A DNA stretch of 64,000 bases, taken from the NCBI GenBank assembly GCA_051294375.1, contig CM119268.1, forward strand, positions 15,059,897-15,123,896, given 5' to 3'. A program made the translations under genes and the position numbers. This stretch comes from Paraspadella gotoi. Taxonomy: Eukaryota > Animalia > Chaetognatha. The notes under the pieces are model-generated. The model had not been told where the DNA came from. It ran no database searches and was given only the letters and a program-made list of their open reading frames with translations. Below, one piece after another: positions 1 to 13,682 of this stretch. Within the stretch, counting starts at the first letter, position 1. Every line of letters begins with the position of its first letter.

Positions 1-68
1 ACAAACGTGGAGAGAAAGAAGGAAAGAAATAAAGAAACCAAGCGTGAAATAATACAAACATGACAGTG

Positions 69-152
<84 letters not shown>

Positions 153-1582
153 TGTTCTGTCCCTTTTTTTAATTTCAAAACAACGATCGAGGGTGAGCAG
201 TTGGTCTCTGGTCTCTTGCCCTGTAAGTATTTTTTGGTAAACAAATGGTAACAAAGTTATTTATAATATTTCTTTAAATCTCATATTATACAATATATGA
301 TGCAATATTATACAATGGATTAACCGACACCAAAAAGCTTTTCAACTTCTTTCGCACCGAGGAACCATCGAATTGATTGAGATTCAGTTGAGGCGCGGAG
401 AAAATCTATTTGACTAAATTCGCTGGAGTCACAGGTGATCAACGAAATTCACAAGGGATCACAGGCGGAGGATCCCTCGGAAAATCTTCTCACATTCAAG
501 GAGAGAGAGGGAGACAGGGAGACTGCCCGGGGAGGTGAGAGAGAAACAGAAAGAAAAGTAAAGAATAAAAAAAGAAAGATACTATATCCAAAAAAAGGGG
601 TGGAGGTGGGAACTATGAGCCTCGGTTGTTTTAGTATTAGTTTTCCAAGTTTTACGCCTTCAAAAACGTCGCAGTTTGAACGGGCTAAAAGAGGACAGTT
701 TCAACTGCAGTTTTCAGGAAGTTAGGTGAATACATGATAATCTTTTACCTTTTCGAAAATTCTGATTTTAATCCGTCAATATTTTCGCGCGCTCTTAATT
801 TTTGGCCTCAATTTTTGAGAGAGATTTTCGTTTTCACGAGTTAATAGTTAATAAAAGTTTAATTAATCGACTTTTCCCACCTTAACTCCCATATGAACAT
901 TTCGTTTCGAAGGACATCGACGTTTGTGAAGAGAAGGAAGAAGAAGAAGAAGAAGAAAGAAGAAGAAGAAGAAGCAGAAGAAGAAGAAGAAGAAGAAGAA
1001 GAAGAAGAAGAAGAAGCAGAAGAAAAAATCCTACGCTACAGACGTGATTTATTTGACGTTTTTCTCTTTTTATATGGCTAAGCCGCTAAATAAAATAAAA
1101 TAAAAAACTTACAATACGACGTAGTCGAAAGGCAAAAACGATTGTCTGAAACGGACGGTTGGGTTGACCATTATCTTTTTACACTTTTTTTTATCGTCGT
1201 CATTACACTTTGCGCATCATTGTTTTTTTTTTTTCTCTATTCCTCTCATCTTCTTTTTTCGTCGCTTTCCCCCCTTCGATTTGCTCCGGTCCCTTTCAAC
1301 CCTTCCTACGCTTTCTCCGTTATTTTCGATCTTCACCTGGCCAGGTTCTTCTCATCTCTCAAACATCCCATTTTTTCCTATCGCCCTCTTCCTCTTATTT
1401 CGATCCCCATCTTTTAAACAACATCCACCGGTCCCTCCAATCCCGCCCCACCACCGTCCACTGGTCACGATTCAAAAATACAAAAATCCTTCAAAGTCAT
1501 CGAGTTACTCCTCGGCGGATTTTCGGGGGCGAAAGGCTCCGCGAATCCGCATTCATCATCACGTCAACGACTCGCCTGCCAA

Positions 1583-1621
<39 letters not shown>

Positions 1622-1780
1622 TCGTCGTCTATACGATCAGAAATATTAATTTATCATTTAAACGTAAGGAATTTAGTCTCTTAACTCGGTCGAAGAAAAG
1701 ATGTGTCTATAGTCAAAAAGAAAAAAAACATTGTGGGCGTCATTTTTTTTAAAAAAAGAAAAAAGAAAAGTCAAGTAATT

Positions 1781-2023
1781 AGGGAGTGGTCTTTTCATAC
1801 AATTGAAACATTCTTTGAAACATTATACCACAGTGAATAAACGAGACTGTGAGAGAGTCTTGATTGAAAGCTTGCAGGAACCCGCTATTTCATTATCTGG
1901 TAAGAATGATGGAGGCCTTAAACCACCAAAGCCGGTCCAATGTCCATTGTCCAAAGTCAGGGGCAAGATAGCTTTATGTTATTAAATGAATGGATAATTT
2001 TTATATTGGTTGTCCAATTCCAT
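1781..2023 (+). repeat. Dispersed repeat, copy 1
   Basis: Aligns by eye with 37801-38053 (CATACAATTGAAACATTCTTTGAAA..GAGAGTCTTGATTGAAAGCTTGCAGG..TGGATAATTTTTATATTGGTTGT). Confidence 0.85.
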
Positions 2024-3051
2024 ATATACACTACTAGCAAAAAGAATGAGCGAATAAACCTGTTAATTTCATGTAAATGAATCAGTTATTTAATTATTAT
2101 CATAACGGCGCATAGATCTATGTGACGTGATTTTATTTAGAGTACATATAAATTTTTTTTTCGAAAGGATACTTACAATTGACCAAAATTTAACGCATTA
2201 GCTCGTCCAATGCTTGTCGGGGTTTTTGTCAGTTTACTGACAATCGTCTATAAGTTTAATCAAAGAACCTTCGCATTATTTATTTATGTCTCTGTTAATT
2301 GTTTTTTCAGTCTTCTAGATTCTGAACGCCATTTTTGATCTGTTTCACTTCAACCCAATTCTCGCTTAACGAACTATTACGTAAGATATAATTGAGAGAA
2401 AACTGGTTAACATTTTTGGCCCATGATTTAAATTGTGTCGAACGTTGTCACATATAATTAGATCATCAACGACGAGAGTTTTCCTCGTCGTTGCTTTTGA
2501 CGTCGTCGTCCTCACTGTAGTCGTCGTCGTCGTCGTCGTCGTTGTCATAGTCGTTGCATTACTGACATTTTTTCTGAACGTCAGTAGCAATGTTTTCCAG
2601 GAAACTACAATTGTTTCTCTTTCCCTTCAAATTCATTTCACTTTTGAAATTCTCTAGACTTCTACTCTAACTTTTCCCTACTCTCTAGCTCAATTTCATC
2701 ATCTCTTCTTTCTTCCTGCTCTTCCTCCTCAACTTCTCCTCCTCCTCCTCCTCCTCCTCCTCCTCCACTTTCTCCTCGTCCTCCATCTTCGTCGATTTCT
2801 TCGTCACAACCTCCATCCGTCCGAGCAGACTCCACATCCTTTCTCTCCATTAATTTTTTTTTAAAAAAAGGTAAAAATAAATATATACTGCTAATTCTTC
2901 TATTAAAACAATATATTAAAAATAGTATAAACATTGTCAATATATTTACGTAGTTACGTGATTATACTCTCCCTCCTCACAATTTTTTCGAAGACGCCTC
3001 CCTCCACCCGTTCAAGATGTCGTCCAAAGCCAAGAAACCGCGTCCAACACC

Positions 3052-4894
3052 ATGGAGGCCATCCGAAAAGAAGATGTCTAGCCTCAAAGGCGCCAAGGAA
3101 AGCGGCGGCAGACCGGGAGAAGGCGCTGCAGGATCACGTGCTCGAACTGAACAAAATCCTCAAGAGTCGCGACGACGCGATCCTTCAGCTCGGAAAGAAA
3201 ATCATTGCATGTTGGTTTTTATATTGCTCACCTTAACATACCAAATACTTATACAGTCGTATATTAGTATCGTTACAGTTTATACGGCTTATATTTAACC
3301 TATATTTTACATGACAAACTTTTTAATTTTTTTTTTTGGTTATCAGCGAAAAATTATTGGCCACCATTTGGTACAAATGATCTAAAAAGATCCAGAACAT
3401 ATCAATGTAACAAATATGAAAGTTTAAAAAAAAAATGGACACACAATTAATGCGACCAAGAAATTAAATTACTGAGTCGCGAGCAAAAACGTCACTCACC
3501 AGTCACCACGTCTCGTCGCAGGTCGAGAATGAGTTGGACGACGTGACGGAGAAATTGGCGTCGGCGACGCTGGCGATCGAGGAGGCGGAGAAGCAGCAGC
3601 TGGTCAACGAGGAGGAGGTCTCTGCGCTGCAGCGGCGGTGCTCTCTGCTCGACGACGACATCACGCGGTCGGACTCGAGGCTCCAGAGTGAGTTGTCACG
3701 GGATGAGGAGGCGCAAATAAAGTCGATGTGACACTTGATTCACTCGTTTAGTGGGCTCATTTTTGCTCATTGGGCGCAATCGTAAAAACCCTTCCCAACT
3801 CCTCCCCATAAGTCGAAACCGGAAAACTGACCGACGCGGCGAAGCAGGCGGAGGAAGTTGAGATCAGGCGCAAAGTCTTGGAGGCCAAGAACATGGTGAA
3901 CGAGGAAAGGATCGACAGTCTCGACTCGCAAATACAAACGGCGCAAGAAGTCGCCATCACTTCCACCAAAAACATGGAAGAGATCACGAGAAAACTTGCA
4001 ATGACTCAGGTGAGGCGTCCGTGGTCTTCGTGTTGTTGTTGTTGTTGTTGTTTTTGTGGGTGTCCTCAATCGAGAGCAACGGTTCAAGTTTTAAACCGAA
4101 TCAATTTAAAAAATCGTCCGGAATATTTAAATTTGAAATTGTTTTTATTATTATTCTTTTTTATTAGTTTTTGATTATTATTTTCATTATCTTACTTCTT
4201 TCTTCCTTTTATACTTCCCATTTTTACTTTAACTTTTCCTTCCTTTCTTGGTAACTGCCAATAAAAACCTCACTTTTTTTCCTCTCTCGTTTTGCTCCAC
4301 TCCACTTCCCACCTCACAACAGGTTGAACTGGAGCGAACGGTGGAAAAGGCGGTGGAATCGGAGACGAAGATCCAAGAGTTGGAGGAGCAGCTCAACGTC
4401 GTCGGTCAAAACATGAAGACGCTAGAGTTGAGCGAGACGCAGGCGCTCAAGCGGCACGAAGAGTACGAAGAAAAGATCAGGTGAACGAAAGAGACTAAAT
4501 TTTGTTCATTATTAAATCTTTTTTTAATTTGTTATATAAACTAAGCTAATTGTCGATTGCTTCAATGTCGATTAATTGTAATATTGACGATTGAAACTCA
4601 GTCGATGCTGTGGATGATTAAGATTCTTGCCGTAATTTGTCAGAATATCCACACGGTTACTTAAATCGTAAATGAATGTGGGCAAAAAAACTTTCCCCCC
4701 CTTTAACGCCCAAAAGGGACCTCATCCTCAACCTCAAATTCACGGAGATCCAAGCCGCCGCCGCGGAGCGCGAAGCCGCGAAGCAGCAGCAGGAGTTGGA
4801 ACTCCTCCTGGCCGATCTCAACGACTGGAAGGATAAGTACCAAGAAATCTGCGTCGAACTGGAGCAGACCTTCAACGAGATGTCGGGATACTAG
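3052..4894 (+). CDS. TPM: Tropomyosin, divergent, ~284 aa; 5 exons (~3052-3209, 3522-3687, 3813-4009, 4323-4480, 4717-4894); exon 1 needs two 1-bp corrections
   Basis: N-terminus MEAIRKKMSSLK once one extra A is removed. Heptad coiled-coil exons (VENELDDVTEKL, EEEVSALQRRCSLL, ELEEQLNVVGQNMKTLE). C-terminus ELEQTFNEMSGY* is typical of invertebrate tropomyosins. Introns 2-4 are GT-AG with consistent phases; the exon 1 donor is ambiguous. Confidence 0.92.
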
Positions 4895-5329
4895 AGCGGA
4901 AGGGAGCTTGCCGAGTTTGTTTTAGTAGCTGATGGTGTAAAGAGTAGACCCTGTTACTTGTTGATATTCTTTTGAATCCTTCATCGAGGTCCATGAGCTT
5001 CTTGCTTTCTTTGGAATTATTTCTACTTCTCGTCCTTAAAAATAGTTTTATAAAATAAAAGTCAATTAAACGTTATTTTTTTTTAAAAATTTATATTTAT
5101 AAAAAAGATTATTGAGACAACTTAAAGAACCGATTGTATTATTATTCTGCTCATACTAGTCGTTTAAAAAGCGATAGGCTTTTGCTCTTATTCATTGAAA
5201 TTGTATACAAACTTTTGAATTGCAAGCAGCAAGAACTTGTGAGTGAATTCGATTTTTGCCAGAAAAAGCTTGATAGTGCAAATTGTTTTAATTTAATAAT
5301 TTTAGCGATAAATTTCTAAGGAAAGAGAG

Positions 5330-5385
<56 letters not shown>

Positions 5386-5677
5386 GAGAGAGAGAGAGGA
5401 GAGAGAGAGAGAAAGAGAGATAGTAAAAAGGCGAAAACGAATATAAGTTGAATGGAGAAAGAAAGGTAGAGTAGAGACCAATAAGAAAGAGCGTGAGAGA
5501 GAGAGATTGCAAAGGAAATAATTCCGTTTTCATTTTTGCCTCGGGCCCATTGTATTGGTTGGAAATGGGACCATGGAGATTCGAGAATGGGTAGAATTGG
5601 GGAAGCAAAGTTGGGGAAGAGAAAAGAAAGAAGAAAATGAAGGAAAAAAAATCGTAAGTAAGAGAAAGAGTGAGCAT

Positions 5678-5709
<32 letters not shown>

Positions 5710-7593
5710 AATAGGGAGAGTGAGAGAGAGAAAGAAAAAGAGGCTAAAATTAAGAAATAATTCTCAAAAAAAAAAAAAAAAGAATATAACAAAATAACAA
5801 TAAAAAAAAAGGAAAAAAAAATTGGAGCGAAAAAGAGAAAAAGTCCCGGTATGGAAATTGAATCGGCGATGACGAAGGAGAGAGGCGGGACAAAAGGTCA
5901 GGCTCGCACATCCACTCCAATAATAGAAAAGCGCCGGATATACGCTAATCCGCCGGGTGAGGGGAGAAGGGGGAGGGAAGGCGGCCGGTATGGGAGAGGA
6001 ATGGCGGGGGGGGGGTAAGGCGGCTTTGGGACCGATTTGGACTTTGCGTCGTTTGAGAAAGATGAAATTCGTCGCGAAGGTTTGTTGTGGTTGCTGCGTT
6101 TGGAGCAAGCGCAGTCAGTTGCTCGTTTTGCGTTAATGGGCGAAAACTATACCGTTTTTTTTTTGTGTCAATTCCTGTTTAGTGTTTATGTCTGTGACGC
6201 GCGTAAATTTATTCTACCTATAATGCGAAGCAAAAAGAGCTTGGGTAATATTTTCAGCTTTTTTTACTGCTCAATTTTTTTTTTCAGCAATGACTGAATT
6301 CAAATGATGGGATTAAATTTAAAGACAATTTTTCGGTTTTATTCGTGCTCGTTATCTCTGTTTTGCATAGTTTCAAAATTTTTGCGATCTACCTCTCCTT
6401 AACGTCAAATATATCTAATTCATGCTTGGCAAAATCTTTTGGATACTTTATTGAGAGTAAATTAGCGAACCTAAATGTAGAAATTAGATGCGGCGAATTC
6501 ACTCGACAACGATTTTCGCGTTAGCGAGTCCACGTTGAGCCGAATTGCTCCACCGGGCCACCCACTCCATTCGATTTAAAGTTTTCTATTCGCCTTTCGA
6601 TCTCTATTTTTCAGCTCAACCGCATCGACAATCAAGTCCCCTCTCTCCCCATCGCTTCTCTTCCCCTCTTTACCCTTCCCCTCTCTTCCAGCCAAGCCAA
6701 AAAGTCGAGGCTTTGACAAATTGGGCTCCAACCTCTTCGAACCCCGGATGTCAACGATTCGAAAACCCTGGCATCCCAGAAAAAGGCCCTCGCGAGCTCC
6801 CGAGGGAGAAACTTCTTTGGGCGAGATAAAAACTTTCTTATTTTCCTTTTATTCCATATCATGTCTCCCAAGAATTTTTTTTAGGAATTTATACATGTGG
6901 TCGTTATAATTATGTTCTCACAAAATTCGCTTCTTATTACAATTCTGTAATTTTTTTTTCTTATTCTTTATTTATATCACTTTTTCCCTCCATGTTGATA
7001 CGTACATTTTTTTTTTTTTAAATTTTAAACTCGCGGTTTCCACTCTCTCAACGAATCAATGCCCCAAAATAAATAGAGAAACCCGAAAATGCTTTCGGCT
7101 TTGGCATTTTTATTTTCTCGAGACTTTTCTGCCGACTCGGGTTTCTTGATTCTTCTTTTCCGCTTCTTTGTTTTGTTCGTCGTCGTCCTCATCGTCGTCC
7201 TCATCGTCGTCGCCGCTTTCGCCTTCGCTCCCGAGCCACCAAGCCACGTTTGTCACCCATTCGGCCCATGGCACCATAAACCAACGGCCGGCAACGATTC
7301 CGAAAGGGCGGGGTGGAAAAGTGGCAAGTGGAAAGTAGAGCAAGGGAACGGAATAAGGTTACGCTTTGGAAATGGTCACAAGTGACAAAACACTCGAAAA
7401 AGGAATTCAATCGAAATTTTCTTTCAATTTCCTGTTGAGATTTTTTTATCTCTTTTTTTTCACTAGACATATTTTTCAATTATCCATCAAAATCAGTTCA
7501 ACTTTGGACGAAAAAAATGTTTTTTTTCGGTATTTCTATCTTCATAATGCATCTTTTAAGTAACATTTCAAAGAACTTTTCAATATAATTCAT

Positions 7594-7850
7594 TTAGATA
7601 GTAATAGTATACTGCATCGAAAAATTCTTGTTTACAATATGAAGTTTATTTCGGACTAATAAGTTGCGAAATAATATTGCATGACGAAAATAATACCAAA
7701 CTTGGATTAGACATACAGACTGTCTCAATTTTTCGCCATTTAATTTCAAGTGAGTCTGTGAGTCTTGTGACAAAATCTTTAAGCATTTACTTTGACTTTG
7801 CTTTTGAGGGAAAGATTTAGCCATTTTAATAAATTTTAAATCTTTAATTT
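7594..7850 (-). mobile_element. Possible decayed LINE reverse-transcriptase fragment
   Basis: Frameshifted translation HLKLNGEKLRQSVC../KFGIIF resembles the LNG..LE.V..KYLGI.FD segment of non-LTR RTs; short and degenerate. Confidence 0.3.
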
Positions 7851-7913
7851 TAATATTTTACTAACCTACTTACTGAGACAATCTAGTTTTCGTGAGTTTA
7901 AGCAGTTTTTTTT

Positions 7914-8671
7914 TCATTTTTCAATCTTCTTTTTGTCCAACGTAGGCGTTGGCGTCGCTAGAGACGTCGAAAACGCCCCGATAGTCGGCGCTTTGACGTC
8001 TTCTTCGTCGGCGCCAACGATGACGCTTTCATCGCGTCCGAAAGGTGACGCCTCTCTCTCCGCCGACGCGCCGGGGTTGGTAGAATCGGCCGCGGCCAAC
8101 GCCGTGCCGACGTTGCCGGTCTGCGTCGGAAGTTGAGAGGATAAAGCCGCGGCGCGCGAGGAAACCGCAGCGGCGGCGGCGGCGGCGGCCGCCTGCATTC
8201 GCGCCACGGCGGCGTAAGGGTAAGAGTCCCCGGCGACGTGAAATCCCGATGGAGCCGACGTGGGCGACTGCGGAGAGGAAGTCGTCAAGCCGCTCGCTCC
8301 TCCGGCCCCGCCTCCGCGTCCGCCCGCAAGATGGGCGCCGCCGCTCATACCCAAGCCCACGCCGGACGGTGACTGCGGTCCGCCGGCGCCGCCCGACCCG
8401 TTGAGGTATGCGATGATCTTCCGCATCTCCTCTATGGCGTTGGCCTGCATCATGATGTAGTTTTTCGCCAGCAGCAAGGTTGCAATTTTCGACAATTTTC
8501 GAACGGAAGGACTGGAAAGGAGGAAGGGAGAAAAGGGGAGCAAAAAGACGGTTAAGAGAAATCGCTTTCTTCGTAGTTTCTGATGATGGTTACCGGCTTG
8601 GGCTTTACCCTTTCAATCGTTGAAGCATTTAAAGACTGCTTCTTTTCGGTGTTCCCTCTCTTTCTTTCTCG

Positions 8672-8741
<70 letters not shown>

Positions 8742-9064
8742 TTTTCTCTCTCATAAGCTCCTTTTTACCTATTGTCACACGATCGCACAACTCTCAAGAC
8801 GCTCACCTATGCGCATAGGGTATGACGCCCCTGAGTTCGTCGAGCGCGTCATTAAGATCGTGCATTCGGCGCCGCTCGCGCGCGTTGATGTTGAGCCTTA
8901 CGGCGCGCTGTTTGACGACGCCATTTTTTGGATCTGAGGATTGCGACGACGCCGACTTTTGGCCTGAAATCATGAATCGTTTGTAATCATTGTCATGGTT
9001 CTCAGATTTGACTGATTTTGGTTATAATTTCCAGCTTTTCGTTTAGTATAAAGAATAGTTAAAG

Positions 9065-9162
<98 letters not shown>

Positions 9163-10686
9163 TAACAACTATTCCTCACCCTTGGCGCGCGGAGGTTCGC
9201 AGTATTCGTCGTCCACTTCGATCTTTTCGTCCTCGTCCTCGGAATCCATTCCTCCTCCTCCTCCTCCTCCTCCTCCTCCTCCTCCTCTCGCTTCCTCCTG
9301 ACTCCGCCCGAACGGCGCGTTCTCGTTGGGCAGCGACGCGTCTCGACCTACGGACGCCGCGTTGAGCTCGTGACAAGACGACGACGAGGACGACGACGAA
9401 GACGTCAAGGGCTGATGTTGCTTCAGATCCGCCGGGAGAGGATGATGGTGGTGATGGTGAAGATGCTGGAGGTGGTGCGGTGGCGCCGGTGGAGGCGGCG
9501 GCGGCTGCTGAGTAGGCGGCGGCGCCGCGAGGGGTTGGGCGTTGGAGAGAATTTGCGGAGTGAGGGCGTTGGGCAGGGAGCGGTTGTAATCCGGGGAGAG
9601 TGGGGAGAACTGGAGGTGGGACGGTGGAGAGGGGAGTTGACGCTGGAGAAGAGGGAAATTGAGAAATTGGTCAAAATGAGGGTCTTTTCTTTTGGAGTCA
9701 TGAGGAAAAAATGTGACCGTTTTAGAAAAGGAAAATTGAGGAATTGGTCAAGAGTTAGGGTCTTTTTCTTTTGGAGCATGAGAGAAAAAAATGTGACCGT
9801 TTAGAAAAGGAAAATTGAAGGAATGGTCAAAGATAGGGTCTTTTCTTTTTGGAGGTAATGAGAAAAGAAAATTGACCGTTTTAGAAAAGGAAAAATTGAG
9901 GAATTGGTCAAAGATAGGGTCTTTTCTTTTCGGAGGTTATGAGAAAGAAAACTTGACCGTTTAAGAAGTCATTTTACAGAATTTTGCGAGAACTGAAAAT
10001 GCAATTGTATTAACACTTAACAATGATAATTTATAAAGGTCGTTTGTTGATTAAAAACATAATTTTTAGGGCTTAAAGCTGTATCATCATGATAAGGTTG
10101 ACCCGGCCAAGTGCTCATCAGCTGCATCACCATGATAACGTTGACCCCGCCAAGTGGTCAACAACAATAATCACTTAGTTATTGTCGAGGATCAATTGGG
10201 ATCCAATTTGATTTACGACACTTTCTCTGAATTGACTGAAAAAAAAATTGGCTGCAGGAAAAGATAAAATAGGACTGAAACAGAAGATCAATTACGATCC
10301 TGATAGGAAAATATGATACCATAGGATTTATAATGTATAATGTAATGTATCCTTGAGGCAAACCAATAAAATGAAAAACACATAATAATAAAGGTTCATG
10401 ACTTGGGTTGGGTTGGGACTATTGTGACTATGCATTTTAAGAATAATGGGTTTTTGTTTTAAAAATACTTAAGAAAACATTCCCACTTTAATTGTGGAGA
10501 GTTTTGCTAAATCGATGAAATATTGAGTCATCTCGAGAGATTTCCAGTGCAGAGAGACTTTTCGATTTTTCCAACCATCTCACCCGGAAGCGCGGCCAGA
10601 TGCGCGAAGGGGTATCCCAGCATCGGGTTGAAAGGTTGCGGCCGAGGAAGCGCCTCCGGAAGGGACTGATGTCGTAGATGCTCCAT
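7914..10686 (-). CDS. BHLHE22: bHLH transcription factor, BHLHE22/23 (Beta3 / Olig-family Oli); exons ~10686-10584, 9642-9180, 8963-8807, 8511-7914
   Basis: Spliced domain [32 protein letters not shown]|[37 protein letters not shown] is nearly identical to the BHLHE22/23 bHLH. His/Pro/Gly/Ala-rich flanks. The first exon and its phase are less certain. Confidence 0.93.
9068..9160. repeat. (TAA)n microsatellite in bHLH intron 2
   Basis: Direct observation. Confidence 0.97.
9645..9965. repeat. Minisatellite, ~80-bp unit x4, in bHLH intron 1
   Basis: Repeats of GAAAAGGAAAATTGAGGAATTGGTCAA..AGGGTCTTTT..TGACCGTTT. Confidence 0.9.
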
Positions 10687-13632
10687 CCGAAATTGTCCGT
10701 CCAACTGCGATAAGGTTCTCGGTTCCTTTATTGCAAAGATCGTGCTTGACGTCAAAGATCGCGCTTTTCGAGACCTTGTCCAAAGTCCACCTTTTAAATG
10801 ACTCCCTTCCTTCCAATTGTGGAAAACTGCATTAAACGCTGTCTTCAGCCGCGCGGTTGATTTCCAAACAAGTTTCAATTCTTTCAGTTAAAAAAACCGA
10901 CGTTAATTTGGCGTCGATTCCTGGCGATTTTCCGATTCTGCGTCGATCTTCGAATTTCGTTCCTAACTTTCGTTGCCAAGACTATTTACACGCAACGTTC
11001 ATCCGCGAGAAAACGTGAAACGGATTCCTAGCGGTCGAAAAAGTCGGCGCGACGCGGAGAGAAAATTCCTCTCTTTCTCTCGCTCTCTTTCTCTCTTTGC
11101 CTTTCTTCCTTCGTTTTCTTTTCTTCATGGAGCGAACGCGAGTGAGAGACAATTTTTTTTTTAGGCGAAAGCGTGAGACTGAGAGAAAAAAATAGAGAGA
11201 GAGTGAGCGATGAAAATTTAAGATTCGAAAGGAGAAAAAAATTGGAATCCGAAAAGCGAGAAAATATTCGAGAAAAAATTTTTTTTCTCACGCTTCGAGA
11301 TAAAGAAATGAAGAACCGGGCGTCGCTTAGCAACGCGTCTTGGAACGTCGACGACGAGGACGACGACGGCGGCGAGGACGACGGAAACGAAGTGGAAGAG
11401 AGGGAGGGACGAGAGTGAGAGAGAGTCACGCGCTTCTATTAGCGTCGTGAACAAATATAGGCGTGAAGAGGAAATTTCAACGGATTCTCACGTTACGGTT
11501 TATCGTTGATTTAGTTTCTTGTCCTTTTTGATGTTGTTATTATTGTTGTTGTTTTTTTTTTGTTCTTGGTGATATTTTCTTCTTTTTTTTAAGTAGCTTT
11601 ATGTGCCACATTTTTATTCAAACAACCGCTTATGCATTACCGTTTTATTTTTTAAATATATGGGATAAGTCAAGAAGATGCATTCCAGATTTTAGGTTTG
11701 AGATAAACTTTAGAAGTATAAATGTTCTTGTTAAAAACCGACTTAACTTAAAGCGGAGAATCTTCGTCGTTCACCCCAAAAGAGGAGGAGAGTCGCGGCC
11801 ATTTTCTACGAGGAGAAGATCAGGAAGAAGATTCGTTTTTCCGCGTCGACTTTGGCGGAGCCGTTTCCGGTTTCAGTGAGACGGAAAGAGAGAGNNNNNN
11901 NNNNNNNNNNNNNNNNNNNNNNNNNNNNNNNNNNNNNNNNNNNNNNNNNNNNNNNNNNNNNNNNNNNNNNNNNNNNNNNNNNNNNNNNNNNNNNNNNNNN
12001 NNNNNNNNNNNNNNNNNNNNNNNNNNNNNNNNNNNNNNNNNNNNNNNNNNNNNNNNNNNNNNNNNNNNNNNNNNNNNNNNNNNNNNNNNNNNNNNNNNNN
12101 NNNNNNNNNNNNNNNNNNNNNNNNNNNNNNNNNNNNNNNNNNNNNNNNNNNNNNNNNNNNNNNNNNNNNNNNNNNNNNNNNNNNNNNNNNNNNNNNNNNN
12201 NNNNNNNNNNNNNNNNNNNNNNNNNNNNNNNNNNNNNNNNNNNNNNNNNNNNNNNNNNNNNNNNNNNNNNNNNNNNNNNNNNNNNNNNNNNNNNNCCCAT
12301 TTCTTCCGCTCCGTCCCAAACGTAATCATATGAACATTTTTTTCGTTTCTTATTTTTCGTCCTCAGAAAACTCGCGGGGACAAAGAAGTTAGTGGGGCTT
12401 CCGCCTCGAGACGCGTTGCATCTTTGTAGATGTCATGGCAACAAGGAAAGCATGTCGCTTAAGTTTACCGAGATAAAATTCTTCGTACGCCAAGTTTCAT
12501 ACTCCTAGCTTTAGACACCGAACTCCATACACCAAACTGTATAAAAATTTCAGCAGCTTTGCTCTCTCTCTCTTTCTCTCTCTCNNNNNNNNNNNNNNNN
12601 NNNNNNNNNNNNNNNNNNNNNNNNNNNNNNNNNNNNNNNNNNNNNNNNNNNNNNNNNNNNNNNNNNNNNNNNNNNNNNNNNNNNNNNNNNNNNNNNNNNN
12701 NNNNNNNNNNNNNNNNNNNNNNNNNNNNNNNNNNNNNNNNNNNNNNNNNNNNNNNNNNNNNNNNNNNNNNNNNNNNNNNNNNNNNNNNNNNNNNNNNNNN
12801 NNNNNNNNNNNNNNNNNNNNNNNNNNNNNNNNNNNNNNNNNNNNNNNNNNNNNNNNNNNNNNNNNNNNNNNNNNNNNNNNNNNNNNNNNGTCGTCGTCGT
12901 CGTCGTTGATCGGCGTTGCGCAACTAAAAGCCACAAAAACCGCCGACCACGCAGCGCGAGGAAAAATAATTTGATGGACGTCTTAGCCAAATATGAAAAG
13001 CAAGCTAAAGCNNNNNNNNNNNNNNNNNNNNNNNNNNNNNNNNNNNNNNNNNNNNNNNNNNNNNNNNNNNNNNNNNNNNNNNNNNNNNNNNNNNNNNNNN
13101 NNNNNNNNNNNNNNNNNNNNNNNNNNNNNNNNNNNNNNNNNNNNNNNNNNNNNNNNNNNNNNNATGAAGGGCGTCGATGCATCACACGAGTTATTCGCCT
13201 ACCAAGTTATGATGGAGACCTTTCATAGACAATAATTTTATCAAATTAACTAGATAATAAAAAATATTGTATAAAATTTTTAAAAATGTATATAATTTAA
13301 TGAAAGATAAAAGATTTAGGATATAAAAAAATCGATAAGCCAATGAGGCAAAGAAATTAAAAGTAATGACAAAAAATTCAAAGTAATAATTCTGAGAGCA
13401 GGATTGTCAACTGCTATGCGACTTGAGGATCCCAGTAATATACATAATAATATGTATAAAAATATACAATATACTTTATATCAGTTTTAATATGATTTCT
13501 CTTTCTGATTAAGAACGAACGAGTCATTAACTCCTGGGGGTTATTGAAAGAGTTTCCCTTTTTGCCGAGTGTCCGAAGGGTTTGTACTTTGTAAGGCAGT
13601 CTCTTAAGTTAAAGCGCATCCACGGACTATTC

Positions 13633-13682
<50 letters not shown>

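Noticed and set aside
2440-2850. Acidic minus-strand ORF upstream of tropomyosin
   Set aside because: Built from GAC/GGA triplet repeats and interrupted by several stops, with no domain.
7110-7343. Short minus-strand ORF (MVPWAEW..DDDEDDD)
   Set aside because: Low complexity with no splice partners; more likely bHLH 3' UTR or flank.
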